Assembly (NCBI GenBank): GCA_019233085.1
Contig: JAFAMT010000416.1
Span: 1-46,871 of the forward strand
Source of the DNA: Herbaspirillum sp.
GTDB taxonomy: Bacteria > Pseudomonadota > Gammaproteobacteria > Burkholderiales > Burkholderiaceae_D
Direction: 5' to 3'
DNA length: 46,871 nt
Positions 28,437 through 37,774 of the stretch are shown here, in pieces. Under the pieces are notes generated by a model. That model was given only the letters and a program-made list of their open reading frames with translations. It ran no database searches and was not told the DNA's origin. Position numbers and translations under genes: made by a program. Each line of letters starts with the position of its first letter. Within the stretch, counting starts at the first letter, position 1.

Positions 28437-28810
28437 CACTGGGTACCCCTATGAGTGGACGTCCTCGGGCTGGTGTACGCCCGGTTGGACGCTCAGTTGG
28501 CGGCCGACACGTGCGTGTCGACTTATAATTTCTTCAACTTTGTGGGCCTAATATTAACGATTTAACGACTCTTGATCAACGCGCGCGTCAAGGATCTTTG
28601 CAAAAGTTCGCTTTAGAACCAACAATTTATCGAGATTCCAAGCAAGGACAAGGCGCGTGGGGCCATTGCCGCTAGCCGCGCCAGGCCAGGTTGCCCGAGA
28701 GCATTGGATTGCCTGGATTACTCTTGGACAAAGTTTGCATCATGAGGATGGCTGTTTTGCCGTCATTGTCCGCCAGACCAATCCCGGTCGAGGACATCAT
28801 TGATGCCAAA

Positions 28811-29815
28811 TTAATCTTGCATACGTCCGAACCTGGTTCGGTAGTCCAGCGGCGGCATGCCATAAGCCTTCAGAAATGCGCGACGCATTCGTTCATCGTC
28901 TCCGAAGCCGACGTGGTGTGCAACGGTCTGGATGGAATCCAGTGTCGATTCGAGAAGGCGCCTGGCGACGTCGACGCGGATTTGTTCCACAGCGTGTGCA
29001 GGGCTTTCGCCGGTCTCCTGCCGGTATACCCGCGCAAAATTTCGTGGGCTCATGTTCGCCACCGAGGCCATGGCCTCGACCGACAAGTCTCCTCCCAGAT
29101 TTTGACGTATCCAGTGATGCAGGTTTTCAAACCTGCCGCGTGCGTCATTGACCTGCCTGCGTAATTCAACGCTGAACTGAGATTGCCCGCTACCACGCTT
29201 GAGGAAAAGAACAAGCTGTCTGGCGATGGAAAGTGCAGCTGCATGGCCGATGTCCTCCTCAACCATGGTCAATGCCATATCAATTCCCGCTGAAACACCT
29301 GCCGAAGTCCAGACCCGCCCCGATTTCACGAATATCGCATCGGGCATCACCGTGACGGCAGGATATTCACGCTGCAGCTTGTCGCAGACGCCCCAGTGGG
29401 TGGCAGCCTGTTGTCCGTCAAGAACACCCAACTCGGCAAGAATGAATGCCGCAACGCAGATCGAACCCACTCTGCGAGGGCGCTCAACGTAGTGTTGAAG
29501 ACAGCTGCGCAACGATGCGGTTTCTGCAGGAATCAGCGCAGGGTCACCACCAACGACGAGTAGCGTATCCACATCATTGTCCATGACTTCGTCGAGACGA
29601 TGCGAGGGGATGCTCACGCACGAATCGGTCGTGATCTGCCCCCCATGCGCCGACGCGAGGAAAACCTCATAGGCAGGACTGTTGTCGGGAAGTTTTGCGT
29701 CGTTGAACACTTGCAGCGGGCCGGTCACGTCGAGCAACTTTGCCTTATCGTGGAGCGCAATGACGATGTTGCGTCGCTTCAACGTGGCTTTTGAAGGGGC
29801 GGAGGAATCGCGCAT
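28811..29815 (-). CDS. GlxA-family (DJ-1/PfpI + AraC) transcriptional regulator
   Basis: LLDVTGPLQVF, GSICVAAF, ATHW, WTSAGVSAGIDMAL, GQSQFS, C-terminal AraC HTH. Confidence 0.9.
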   Translation of the reverse strand: MRDSSAPSKATLKRRNIVIALHDKAKLLDVTGPLQVFNDAKLPDNSPAYEVFLASAHGGQITTDSCVSIPSHRLDEVMDNDVDTLLVVGGDPALIPAETASLRSCLQHYVERPRRVGSICVAAFILAELGVLDGQQAATHWGVCDKLQREYPAVTVMPDAIFVKSGRVWTSAGVSAGIDMALTMVEEDIGHAAALSIARQLVLFLKRGSGQSQFSVELRRQVNDARGRFENLHHWIRQNLGGDLSVEAMASVANMSPRNFARVYRQETGESPAHAVEQIRVDVARRLLESTLDSIQTVAHHVGFGDDERMRRAFLKAYGMPPLDYRTRFGRMQD

Positions 29816-29991
29816 GACCAAGTCCAAATAGAGGCTGCGGTAGAGTGAGCTGGACACTGACTATACAAGAGCAGCCTTACAGCATAGCGACAATCTACAT
29901 GGGCCGGTATCAAATTCGACATCGCCGGTAGCGATTGCGAAACCCGGTCAACCATGTTGGGTAGCCGGACTCCATGCCTATTGGCTGCAAA

Positions 29992-30825
29992 TCAAGCCGC
30001 CATGCCGTCAGTCCCCCTATGCCGGGCGCGGAAATGCTCAGGATTCATCCCGGATGACTCCTTGAAAATCTTGCAGAAGTGACTGCGGCTGCGATAACCC
30101 AGGCGTGCGGTAATGGTCTTTATCGGCATCTCGGTTTTGCTCAACAGTTCTTCTGCACGTTTGATGCGCAGTGCGCGTAACAGGGTAAGAGGGGAGCTTC
30201 CGTAGAGAGCGACGAATTCCCGATGGAAGTGCGTACGACTCATCGCCGCGGCGCTGGCCAGTCCCTCCAACGTGTAGTCTCTCCCGGGATCCTTTGTCAT
30301 CAAGTCGACGATTTTAGCCAAGCGCGTCTGACGGGACGCTACATTAGTGGACTCGACTTCGTCAGCTGCAGGCCACGCGTCGCGCACCAACACCGTCACC
30401 AGGCGTCGTGCCAGGCAAGTGATGATGGCCGATGAGCCGGGACCACCGAAAGCACTCTCTCGCAGCAGTTCCGGGATGGCGCCGTTGAAAAGTTCCGTGT
30501 TGGCGGCATTGAGGATATGGGGCAAGTCAAGGAAGTCGAACAGCGAGCGGCCGTCGAGGAGCGTAGCGCCGAGCAGGCCATGCGCCAGTACCAGGCCAGG
30601 TCGGTATTGATGTGTGAGCGGACTGCGCAGGAGCAGCAATTGCCCGGCACTCACCTGGAGCGGCCCGTCCGGGCCGCATAGCTCACCCTCTCCAGCGAGC
30701 ACCGCAACGAAATGAGCTTGACCAGGCGCGGCAGACGCAATGACATCTTCAGCACCTTCAATTTTTCTAAATGCCGAGGATACGATGTCGATTTGTCCAA
30801 GCGCTTGATCAAGACTCAATGGCAT
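29992..30825 (-). CDS. AraC-family regulator with cupin-like N-terminal domain
   Basis: YTLEGLASAAAMSRTHFHREF, LGYRSRSHFCKIFK..GMNP. Confidence 0.85.
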   Translation of the reverse strand: MPLSLDQALGQIDIVSSAFRKIEGAEDVIASAAPGQAHFVAVLAGEGELCGPDGPLQVSAGQLLLLRSPLTHQYRPGLVLAHGLLGATLLDGRSLFDFLDLPHILNAANTELFNGAIPELLRESAFGGPGSSAIITCLARRLVTVLVRDAWPAADEVESTNVASRQTRLAKIVDLMTKDPGRDYTLEGLASAAAMSRTHFHREFVALYGSSPLTLLRALRIKRAEELLSKTEMPIKTITARLGYRSRSHFCKIFKESSGMNPEHFRARHRGTDGMAA

Positions 30826-30834
30826 GGCGGTTTC

Positions 30835-31560
30835 CTATTGCTTTTCAATATGCTTGATCACTTCGTCCGTCGTCATGACGGCATTGGCGATGTAGCGGAA
30901 GTTGATCAAGGCGCTATGGTAACCATCGCCATCCGGAAGCTTGGGTCCGGCTACCGCATCGCGGACCACCACGACCTCGAAACCCCGCTCCAGGAACTCC
31001 CGCAGGTGCGATTCCACGCACAGATTGGAAGCCATGCCGGCGAGAAGGATCTTCTCGACGCGCAGCTTGCGGAGTTGCAACATCAGGTCATTGCTTTGCG
31101 GTCCGTAGAGTTTATGAGGTGCGGCAATGATGGTCTCATTGTCTTCGATGTATTGCTTGAACTCGGGCATGAAGTCTGCCCCCGAATCACGAAAACCTTC
31201 CGTCGTCAGCGCGCCTGGCCGTTCGAACATGCGCAACTGATGCTGTGCTGCCTCGATGGGCGCCGAGAATTCCCACTTGTGGTCATGCGGGTAGTAGTAG
31301 TGCGGGGAAATGGCGACGGTGATACCGGCCTTCTTGGTAGCCGCGAACAACTCCAGCAGGTGGGGCACCAGCTTTTGCTCGGTGACGCTTTCGCCCACCA
31401 GCGGCCAGGAAGAGCCTTTGGGGCTCATGAAGTCGATCTGGGGATCGATGACCACCAGTGCCGTGCGGCTCGAATCCCACTCGAAGGTCGATGCCGGCAG
31501 CAGTGGATTTTCTGGCGCGGCATAGGGGTCGGCAGAGGCAGGGGTATTGAGGGATTCCAT
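30835..31560 (-). CDS. Isochorismatase-family cysteine hydrolase
   Basis: TALVVIDPQIDF, PHKLYGP, LAGMASNLCVESHLR, VVRDAVA. Confidence 0.88.
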   Translation of the reverse strand: MESLNTPASADPYAAPENPLLPASTFEWDSSRTALVVIDPQIDFMSPKGSSWPLVGESVTEQKLVPHLLELFAATKKAGITVAISPHYYYPHDHKWEFSAPIEAAQHQLRMFERPGALTTEGFRDSGADFMPEFKQYIEDNETIIAAPHKLYGPQSNDLMLQLRKLRVEKILLAGMASNLCVESHLREFLERGFEVVVVRDAVAGPKLPDGDGYHSALINFRYIANAVMTTDEVIKHIEKQ

Positions 31561-31607
31561 GTGTAAGCTCCGTTAGGTGTGGTGAGCTTCTACGATAAAG
31601 AGTCATG

Positions 31608-31644
31608 GAGACGAATTGGTACATTGCATGATCTGATTCGTCTC
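31608..31644. promoter_or_regulatory. Inverted-repeat operator upstream of the hydrolase-AraC operon
   Basis: GAGACGAAT-N19-ATTCGTCTC, perfect 9-bp arms. Confidence 0.5.
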
Positions 31645-31704
31645 ATTTGCCTGCAGCGCCGCTGTCGCTCTGCCTGACACGCCGGCTGGTCAAGCCAGCC
31701 TCTG

Positions 31705-32328
31705 TCATTCGTCGAAGGGCGCCCAGCCCAATACGGTGGGTGCATCGACAATCGTCAGCGGTTCACGGTTGTGCGCAACCCGGGAGCAGATATGGAACCA
31801 ATGGGGATAGGGTTGCTTGGTATCGTATTCATGATTGAGCATGTCGTTGAATTCGCGTTTGAAGTGCAGGCGAGGGTAGTGCTTCAGGACTTCAGCGACA
31901 TCATTGGCCTCAAGCTCTATGCCCTGGACGCCGGAGACGTCATAGGCCAGCCCCAGTTGCATCAGACGGCTGGTGTCGCCGCGGAAGTGGTTCATGTCCC
32001 AGGTATGGAGTGCAATGTTGTCCCAGACATTCTGGGCGCGCTCGGGCGAGACGCCTTTGCCGACCAGGAAGGCACGTGCAACGAGCGCGCCCTCGATCTC
32101 GAAGCGATGCGGTCCAGGCGCGTGGTCAGTGAGGCCCAGGTCATGCAACACGGCCGACAGGAACATCAGCTCGGCGTCGACTTCGCTTCCTTCCTTCTTC
32201 GCGAACAGCATCCCGAAGAAGTAACAGCGCATGACATGGTTGTACAGCACGTCGTTGGAAACACTTCGGGCGAGTTCGTCTGCCTGACGTGCGATGGGTG
32301 TGTTCGGAATGCTGATGCCTGCGATCAT
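31705..32328 (-). CDS. HD-domain metal-dependent hydrolase (cyanamide hydratase-like subgroup)
   Basis: LYNHVMRCY, AVLHDLGL, RFEIEGA, VWDNIALHT, YPRLHFK. GGAGG RBS before 32328. Confidence 0.85.
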   Translation of the reverse strand: MIAGISIPNTPIARQADELARSVSNDVLYNHVMRCYFFGMLFAKKEGSEVDAELMFLSAVLHDLGLTDHAPGPHRFEIEGALVARAFLVGKGVSPERAQNVWDNIALHTWDMNHFRGDTSRLMQLGLAYDVSGVQGIELEANDVAEVLKHYPRLHFKREFNDMLNHEYDTKQPYPHWFHICSRVAHNREPLTIVDAPTVLGWAPFDE

Positions 32329-32392
32329 GATGGTGTCCTCCAGGAGACGTGAATTTAGACGGCGCATAGCCATGGTAGGGTCAGGCAGGCAT

Positions 32393-32429
32393 GGCTTCAA
32401 TGACATGTACACCTCGAATTCTGCCAATC
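32393..32429. promoter_or_regulatory. Putative GlxA-type operator upstream of the HD gene
   Basis: GGC-N3-AATGACA-N6-CCTCGAATTCTGCCAATC; the last 18 nt are identical to 34338-34355. Confidence 0.65.
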
Positions 32430-32511
32430 TGCCTCGATGGCGTTTGCATCATGCGGGCGGCGAAGCCGACGTCGGTGCAGGGTAGAGCAGGGCAGGGCCG
32501 ATCAGCCTTCT

Positions 32512-33489
32512 TTACTGATCGGCGATTTCACTAAACCTGCTTCGATAGTCCTGGGGCGATATGCCATGGCTCTTGAGGAAAGCGCGACGCATACGTTCAT
32601 CGTCAAAGAATCCCGTCTGGCAGGCGATGCTCTGGACCGTATCGGGGGTTGATTCCAGCAAGCGGCGCGCGGCCTCGACCCGCATCTGTTCTACTGCTTG
32701 CGCAGGGCTTTCTCCCGTTTCTCGCCGATAGACGCGTGCGAAATTGCGTTCGCTCATCTTGGCTACCGAGGCCAATACCGGCACTGAGATCTCTTGACCG
32801 AGATTCTGACGAATCCAGGCATGAAGGTCTCCAAATCTGCCGCGTCTGTCATTGATTTGCGCGCGCAGTTCCACACTGAATTGCGACTGACCACCGCCTC
32901 GCTTGAGGAACAATACAAGCTTGCGTGCCAGGGTAAGAGCGGCGATATGGCCTATGTCTTCGGCGACCATGGCCAACGCCATGTCGATCCCGGCGGAGAC
33001 CCCTGCGGAAGTCCAGATCTGGCCTGATTTGATGAAAATCGCGTCCGGCTTGACGATCACTGCGGGATAGTCTTTCTGGAGCTTCCCGGACGCGCCCCAG
33101 TGCGTGGTGGCCTCCCTGCCATCCAATACCCCAAGCTCCGCCAGGATGAAAGCGCCAACGCAAACGGAGCCAAGTCTTCTCGGCCGCGGCAGGTATTTTT
33201 CGAGTCGCGTTCGCAATGAAGCCGTCGCTGCGGGAATGAACGCGGGGTCTCCTCCTGTGACGAGCAGCGTATCCATCTCGGCTTCCAGTACATCTTCCAG
33301 CCTCTGCGAGGCCAGGACCATCCCCGCGTCAGTGGCAATCGGACCGCCTTGCTCGGAGGCCAGGATGGTTTCATAGACGCGCGCGCCATCGTCATGTTGC
33401 GCGTCGTTGAAGACTTGCAGAGGACCTGCGACGTCCAGCAATTTGGCTTGGTCATGGACCACAATGACGACTTTTCGTGGCGTTCGCAT
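32512..33489 (-). CDS. GlxA-family regulator (close paralog of 28811..29815)
   Basis: Same motifs as the paralog, plus the shared GGDPA.IPA.TASLR segment. Confidence 0.9.
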   Translation of the reverse strand: MRTPRKVVIVVHDQAKLLDVAGPLQVFNDAQHDDGARVYETILASEQGGPIATDAGMVLASQRLEDVLEAEMDTLLVTGGDPAFIPAATASLRTRLEKYLPRPRRLGSVCVGAFILAELGVLDGREATTHWGASGKLQKDYPAVIVKPDAIFIKSGQIWTSAGVSAGIDMALAMVAEDIGHIAALTLARKLVLFLKRGGGQSQFSVELRAQINDRRGRFGDLHAWIRQNLGQEISVPVLASVAKMSERNFARVYRRETGESPAQAVEQMRVEAARRLLESTPDTVQSIACQTGFFDDERMRRAFLKSHGISPQDYRSRFSEIADQ

Positions 33490-33641
33490 GGTGTTTTGGC
33501 TGGCAGCTGCCTCATGCTCGTTGCACCATGGATTGGCACACCGAGACAAGTTGGGATTCACGAAATGCGGCCCTGTGCAAGGCGAATTGCACAGCACACG
33601 GGACCCGGGGCGCCGACAGGATGCCGGCGTCGGAAATCCAA

Positions 33642-34229
33642 TCAGACGGCCGGGATGTCCCGTGCAATTTCAGTCAGCTTGCCGCTATTCATCTCGTAGA
33701 AGAAACCATACAAATTGACGTTCTTCGGCACGGCAGGGCTATTGCGTAGCAGCGCAATATCGTGCTTCACCGATTCTTCGAAATTCAGGATGGCTTCGCT
33801 GCCCTTTTCGATGACAGCTGCGAGATCAGCGTGATGATGATGGTGGAAATGATCATGCAATTGATCAGGACGGAAGCCCGTCGCGCCGCAGAAGGAGTGG
33901 TGGACCACGATGACGTTCTTCACGTGGAAAAGATATTCCATCGTGGCGACCGATTGCAGTGCCGAGAATGCACGTCCGCCGGCATTGGACACGGCGAACA
34001 AGGTGCGGGTGTGACCGATGCGATTGCCGTCTGCATCGAGGATGTTTTCACCAGGATAGACTTCGTCCGGGAAGTGAGCGGCAATCGCCTGTGGAATGTC
34101 GGATGCGCGAGGGTCGAAGCAGTGAATGACCATCGTCTTCATCGGGATATAGGCGTTGAATCCCTCGAAGTTATCCTGGTCGAACCAGGGCTGGGTCCGG
34201 AATTCATATTCGCTGTATTTCGTCGTCAT
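33642..34229 (-). CDS. Beta-class carbonic anhydrase family protein (clade D-like)
   Basis: Zn-ligand motifs CFDPR and HHSFCG, NAGGR, SVKHDIALLR.SP, YGFFYEM.SGKL. Confidence 0.8.
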   Translation of the reverse strand: MTTKYSEYEFRTQPWFDQDNFEGFNAYIPMKTMVIHCFDPRASDIPQAIAAHFPDEVYPGENILDADGNRIGHTRTLFAVSNAGGRAFSALQSVATMEYLFHVKNVIVVHHSFCGATGFRPDQLHDHFHHHHHADLAAVIEKGSEAILNFEESVKHDIALLRNSPAVPKNVNLYGFFYEMNSGKLTEIARDIPAV

Positions 34230-34318
34230 TTTTTACTCCAAAAATTAGTAAGGACCGGACAGTGAAACCGAGGCATGTGCCACCGTTTGCACATCGAATG
34301 TTAGGTTTTCACCCTGGC

Positions 34319-34355
34319 GGCGTAAATGACAGAGTGCCCTCGAATTCTGCCAATC
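34319..34355. promoter_or_regulatory. Putative GlxA-type operator upstream of the beta-CA gene
   Basis: GGCGTAAATGACAGAGTGCCCTCGAATTCTGCCAATC aligns without gaps to 32393-32429. Confidence 0.65.
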
Positions 34356-34497
34356 GCGCCATGAGTCGGGTGTGGAGCGCAGTTCAATCCGGTCTTGCTG
34401 AAGCTGGCGTCTACGTCGTCGCGTGGACGCGGTTAAGACGTAATACATCGGCCAGAGAGCTGTAACGCATCGCAGCCCTGCAGGATGAGACGAAGGA

Positions 34498-35118
34498 CTA
34501 ATCGAACGCGGACATGCCTCGTTGAACGGCAGGCCTGGCGGCGACCCGATTGAACCAGTCGCTCAGATTGGGTAGTTCGGACCAGTCAAGCTTTTCCTTA
34601 TGCGCCGCTGTGATGGTGAACGCAGCGATATCGGCCAGGGAGAAACGATGGCCGGCCATATATTCACTGGATTCCACGAAGCTATCGGCAAGCGACAGGT
34701 TGGCTACGATCGACCTGTGAAAATATCTTGTCCCCGCAGTGAGACCCTCACCCACAAGCTTGAAGCCCGCCACGCTTGGCGAAATGACCTCGGTCAGGAA
34801 AAAGAAGAAACGCTCCCAGGTTCTCGCCCTTGCGTGGAGGTCGGCACCGACAAGAGTCGGATCGCTGGCCCTCTCTGCAGCGTAGAACATGATGGCATTG
34901 GACTGCGTGAGTAGGGTCTGTTCTCTGCCCTCGCTGAGCACCGTCAGGGCAGGCAGCAGACCTTGCGGGTTGATGGCCAGGAAAGCCGGTTCCTTGTGCT
35001 CCCCTTGCCGTAAGGCGATTTTCCTGACCGAGTACGCAATACCGGCTTCTTCCAGTGCAACTGCGGCGCGCAGGCAGTTGCCCGTGCGGGCGCCATAGAG
35101 AGTGATGTGATTGTCCAA
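34498..35118 (-). CDS. Glutathione S-transferase family protein
   Basis: FLAINPQGLLPAL, LTQSNAIMFY, FSLADIA, RPAVQRG. TTG start at 35118 with GAGGAG RBS. Confidence 0.88.
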   Translation of the reverse strand: MDNHITLYGARTGNCLRAAVALEEAGIAYSVRKIALRQGEHKEPAFLAINPQGLLPALTVLSEGREQTLLTQSNAIMFYAAERASDPTLVGADLHARARTWERFFFFLTEVISPSVAGFKLVGEGLTAGTRYFHRSIVANLSLADSFVESSEYMAGHRFSLADIAAFTITAAHKEKLDWSELPNLSDWFNRVAARPAVQRGMSAFD

Positions 35119-35175
35119 GATGAAAACTCCTCTCAAGTAGGGACAGGAAATGCTGAACCTCTTCGTATCTCGATA

Positions 35176-36087
35176 TCAATTTCTGGCAGTCAGGCCGGAA
35201 CTGCTGGTGAGACCTGCCATGTTGGCAGCGGAGGCCTTGAAATTTGCAAGGATCCATTCGGATACCGTCTTGAATCTGGCGATCGACCCTGCCTCACGGT
35301 GGCTTAACAGCCAGAGTGCCCTGTGCAATTCGGGACTTTCGCTGAGCCGGATCAGGTTTCCTTGTTCACCCAATACCCACGGCAACAGCGCGAGTCCATT
35401 TCCCGCCGCGCAGGCGTGGATCATCGTACCTAGATTATTCACGCGCAGTCGTACGGGAATGTTCAGCCCCCGGGTTGCCATCCATTCTGTTTCAGGTGTG
35501 TGTGATAGCGACTCGCCGTAACTGATCCAGGGCATGTCATTCCACCTGGCGGAGGGTATGTCGGCAAATTCCCTTGCGCCATAGACAGCAAATGCGACGT
35601 CTCCCACTTTTTTCATCAGAAGCGCAGCGTCTGATGTCGGCTTGGACAGGCGTAGGGCCACATCCGCTTCGCTATGGGTAAACGAAAGATTGCTGTCTGA
35701 TGCAATCAATTCCAAGTGCAGCTGTGGATGCGCGGCTGCAAGTCCCGGCAGCTGATCTACCAGCCAATAGTCAAACAGGAAGTCGACGGCAGTCACTCGA
35801 ACAACGCCGCTCAGGCTGGAGGCTTCGCTGACGCAGGTGGCGATCATGGTATTGATCCGATCGTGAATCTGCTCGGCATGCGCCACGAAGACTTCTCCAG
35901 CCTTTGTCAGTTCGTAACCGGCCGCCGTACGCACGAATATCCGGATTCCGAGCGAAGACTCGATAGCCGAAATACGGCGCCCAATGGTCGACGCATCGAG
36001 CCCAAGTCGACTTGCAGCGGCACTCTTCTTGCCACTTCTGGCCAACTCAAGAACAGCAATGATGTCGTTGAGGTCAAATTTCTTCAC
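35176..36087 (-). CDS. LysR-family regulator
   Basis: AAASRLGLDASTIGRRISAIESSLG, LTKAG, GVVRVT, EADVALR. Confidence 0.9.
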   Translation of the reverse strand: MKKFDLNDIIAVLELARSGKKSAAASRLGLDASTIGRRISAIESSLGIRIFVRTAAGYELTKAGEVFVAHAEQIHDRINTMIATCVSEASSLSGVVRVTAVDFLFDYWLVDQLPGLAAAHPQLHLELIASDSNLSFTHSEADVALRLSKPTSDAALLMKKVGDVAFAVYGAREFADIPSARWNDMPWISYGESLSHTPETEWMATRGLNIPVRLRVNNLGTMIHACAAGNGLALLPWVLGEQGNLIRLSESPELHRALWLLSHREAGSIARFKTVSEWILANFKASAANMAGLTSSSGLTARN

Positions 36088-36183
36088 GGTAAAAGGATTT
36101 CTCCGCAGATCGATATTTCATGACGCAGTCGCCATGGGCCATGCCAGACCGGCGTTCAGCGCGCCGGTCCGGCGGGATGCCTG

Positions 36184-37005
36184 CTAACGGGTGAAGCAGA
36201 TGCCGGCATACAGCATCGGGTTCTTGAGCATCGGCGCGGTATCAGGTGAGGCCGCAATCCAGGCACCCATCACCACAAAGAAGATTGCGATGGGGTAGGT
36301 CAACTTTTCGCCTTTGGGAAAGACCTTTTCGGCAAACATGAACAGCGTCAGTAGCGCCATCCAGGGCAGGCTCATCGCACCCACGGCAAACATCACCCCC
36401 ATCATGGCCCAGCAGCATCCGACGCAGTCCACGCCATGACGGAAGCCCATGGCCAGAGCACCCTTGTTGCCCGAGCGCCAGTGTTGCGCAAGGAATGAAA
36501 GCGGTGAACGGCAACCTTTCAAGCACACGTGCTTCAGCGAGGTAAGCTGGAATAGTCCTGCAATCACCAGCACGCCACCGGCACACAGCGGACCGTAGCG
36601 CTGCCAACCCAGGACCTCGGGCTTGAGCCAGCGCACGACAGCATCGAGCAGGAAGGCGCCCAGGCCATACATCACCCAGGCGACGCCGTAGCCAGACAGG
36701 AAAGCGGATATACGCGCAGTGCGCTCGCCGGTACCGGCACCGCGGGCACGCAGCATCGCGTAGAAGGCACTGACGTAGTTCAGTTCCGAGGGCAACATCA
36801 TTGCCACGAGCATCAGTATCCATCCTGTCAGAAACACCGGAAAGCGATGCAGCGGCGTGCCGGGCCCCTCATCCATGCCTCCCATCCACAAGAGCGTGGC
36901 GAGCCACGCAGCCAGGCTGATGCCGACGATGACGATGGTCCAGCCCGTAGCGGACATTCGCCTGGATCTATCGGCTGCGGGAGCGGACGTGTGAGACGTC
37001 ATCAT
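36184..37005 (-). CDS. DUF2182-like metal-binding integral membrane protein
   Basis: WILMLVAMMLPS, FQLTSLKHVCLKGCRSP, CVGCCWAMM, AEKVFP. ATGA overlap with the DUF1326 stop. Confidence 0.85.
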   Translation of the reverse strand: MMTSHTSAPAADRSRRMSATGWTIVIVGISLAAWLATLLWMGGMDEGPGTPLHRFPVFLTGWILMLVAMMLPSELNYVSAFYAMLRARGAGTGERTARISAFLSGYGVAWVMYGLGAFLLDAVVRWLKPEVLGWQRYGPLCAGGVLVIAGLFQLTSLKHVCLKGCRSPLSFLAQHWRSGNKGALAMGFRHGVDCVGCCWAMMGVMFAVGAMSLPWMALLTLFMFAEKVFPKGEKLTYPIAIFFVVMGAWIAASPDTAPMLKNPMLYAGICFTR

Positions 37006-37676
37006 GATTTGTCCGGTCCATGCCAATCAAAGGGAATGTGCTTGCTCGCCTGGCCGGCTGGAATATTCTGGTCAAAACCAAATGCCTTCCATCGGCCGGC
37101 AACGCTTTTGCCCCAGGTCACGGGGGCGTCGGTCGGGCCGACCTCGCTTCCCGGCGGATTGAAACTCTGCATCAGCCTGGTGGTATCGGAGGTGGGGCCA
37201 TAGAGGGGCATCCCGCTGGCTTCGACGCGGTCGTCCACGGTGACGCGCCATCGTTCAAGCGTGCTCTCGATATCAACGGTGATGTCAGCGAACTCCACGG
37301 CACGGAGGTCCCGGACCTTTGCGGGGACAAACTCGGCCATCCAGCCGCCGACTTGCCCGGTGAAGATCTTGACCAGGGCGTCGCGCTGGATCTCGTCGGC
37401 GCGAGCATCGAGGAAGATGCCAGCATCAAGCTGCGCACCATTCCACAAGTTGCCCGTGAAATTGGCCAGCAAGACGATGCGCAGGCCGGCCATCGGCGTG
37501 CCGCCATAGTGCCCGCTGTTGATGCGATAGGCCCACAACACTTCGCAATGGTTGCCGGTGGGTGGTTGGGCATAGGTGCAAGGGCAGGGCGAGTTACACG
37601 AGCAGACGTCAAGCCATTCTCCAGCGATATGCCAGTCGGGCGTGGTAGCGGGAACTGCGGATACCTGGTCGGACAT
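37002..37676 (-). CDS. DUF1326-like Cys-rich protein
   Basis: WHIAGEWLDVCSCNSPCPC..P..C, DARADEIQRDAL..IF.G..GG. AAGGA RBS before 37676. Confidence 0.85.
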   Translation of the reverse strand: MSDQVSAVPATTPDWHIAGEWLDVCSCNSPCPCTYAQPPTGNHCEVLWAYRINSGHYGGTPMAGLRIVLLANFTGNLWNGAQLDAGIFLDARADEIQRDALVKIFTGQVGGWMAEFVPAKVRDLRAVEFADITVDIESTLERWRVTVDDRVEASGMPLYGPTSDTTRLMQSFNPPGSEVGPTDAPVTWGKSVAGRWKAFGFDQNIPAGQASKHIPFDWHGPDKS

Positions 37677-37737
37677 TTTCATTCCTTTTGCTTTGAACAG
37701 GTTGACATGATGGCGTCCGCTGCTCATCATGTCGCGT

Positions 37738-37774
37738 GTCAATATCGACATATTTAGGGTCAATACCGACATAT
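37738..37774. promoter_or_regulatory. Tandem AraC/GlxA-type half-sites between divergent DUF1326 and GlxA genes
   Basis: GTCAATATCGACATAT (37738-37753) and GTCAATACCGACATAT (37759-37774): 15/16 identical, 21-bp period. Confidence 0.7.

Noticed and set aside
28672-28863. 63-aa minus-strand ORF at the left edge of the accessory block
   Set aside because: No recognisable motif or RBS, and it overlaps the GlxA gene end. It may be a remnant, but this cannot be supported without a search.
33573-33594. CTGTGCAA-N6-TTGCACAG hairpin between beta-CA and GlxA
   Set aside because: Short stem with no U-tract; terminator, operator and chance cannot be told apart.
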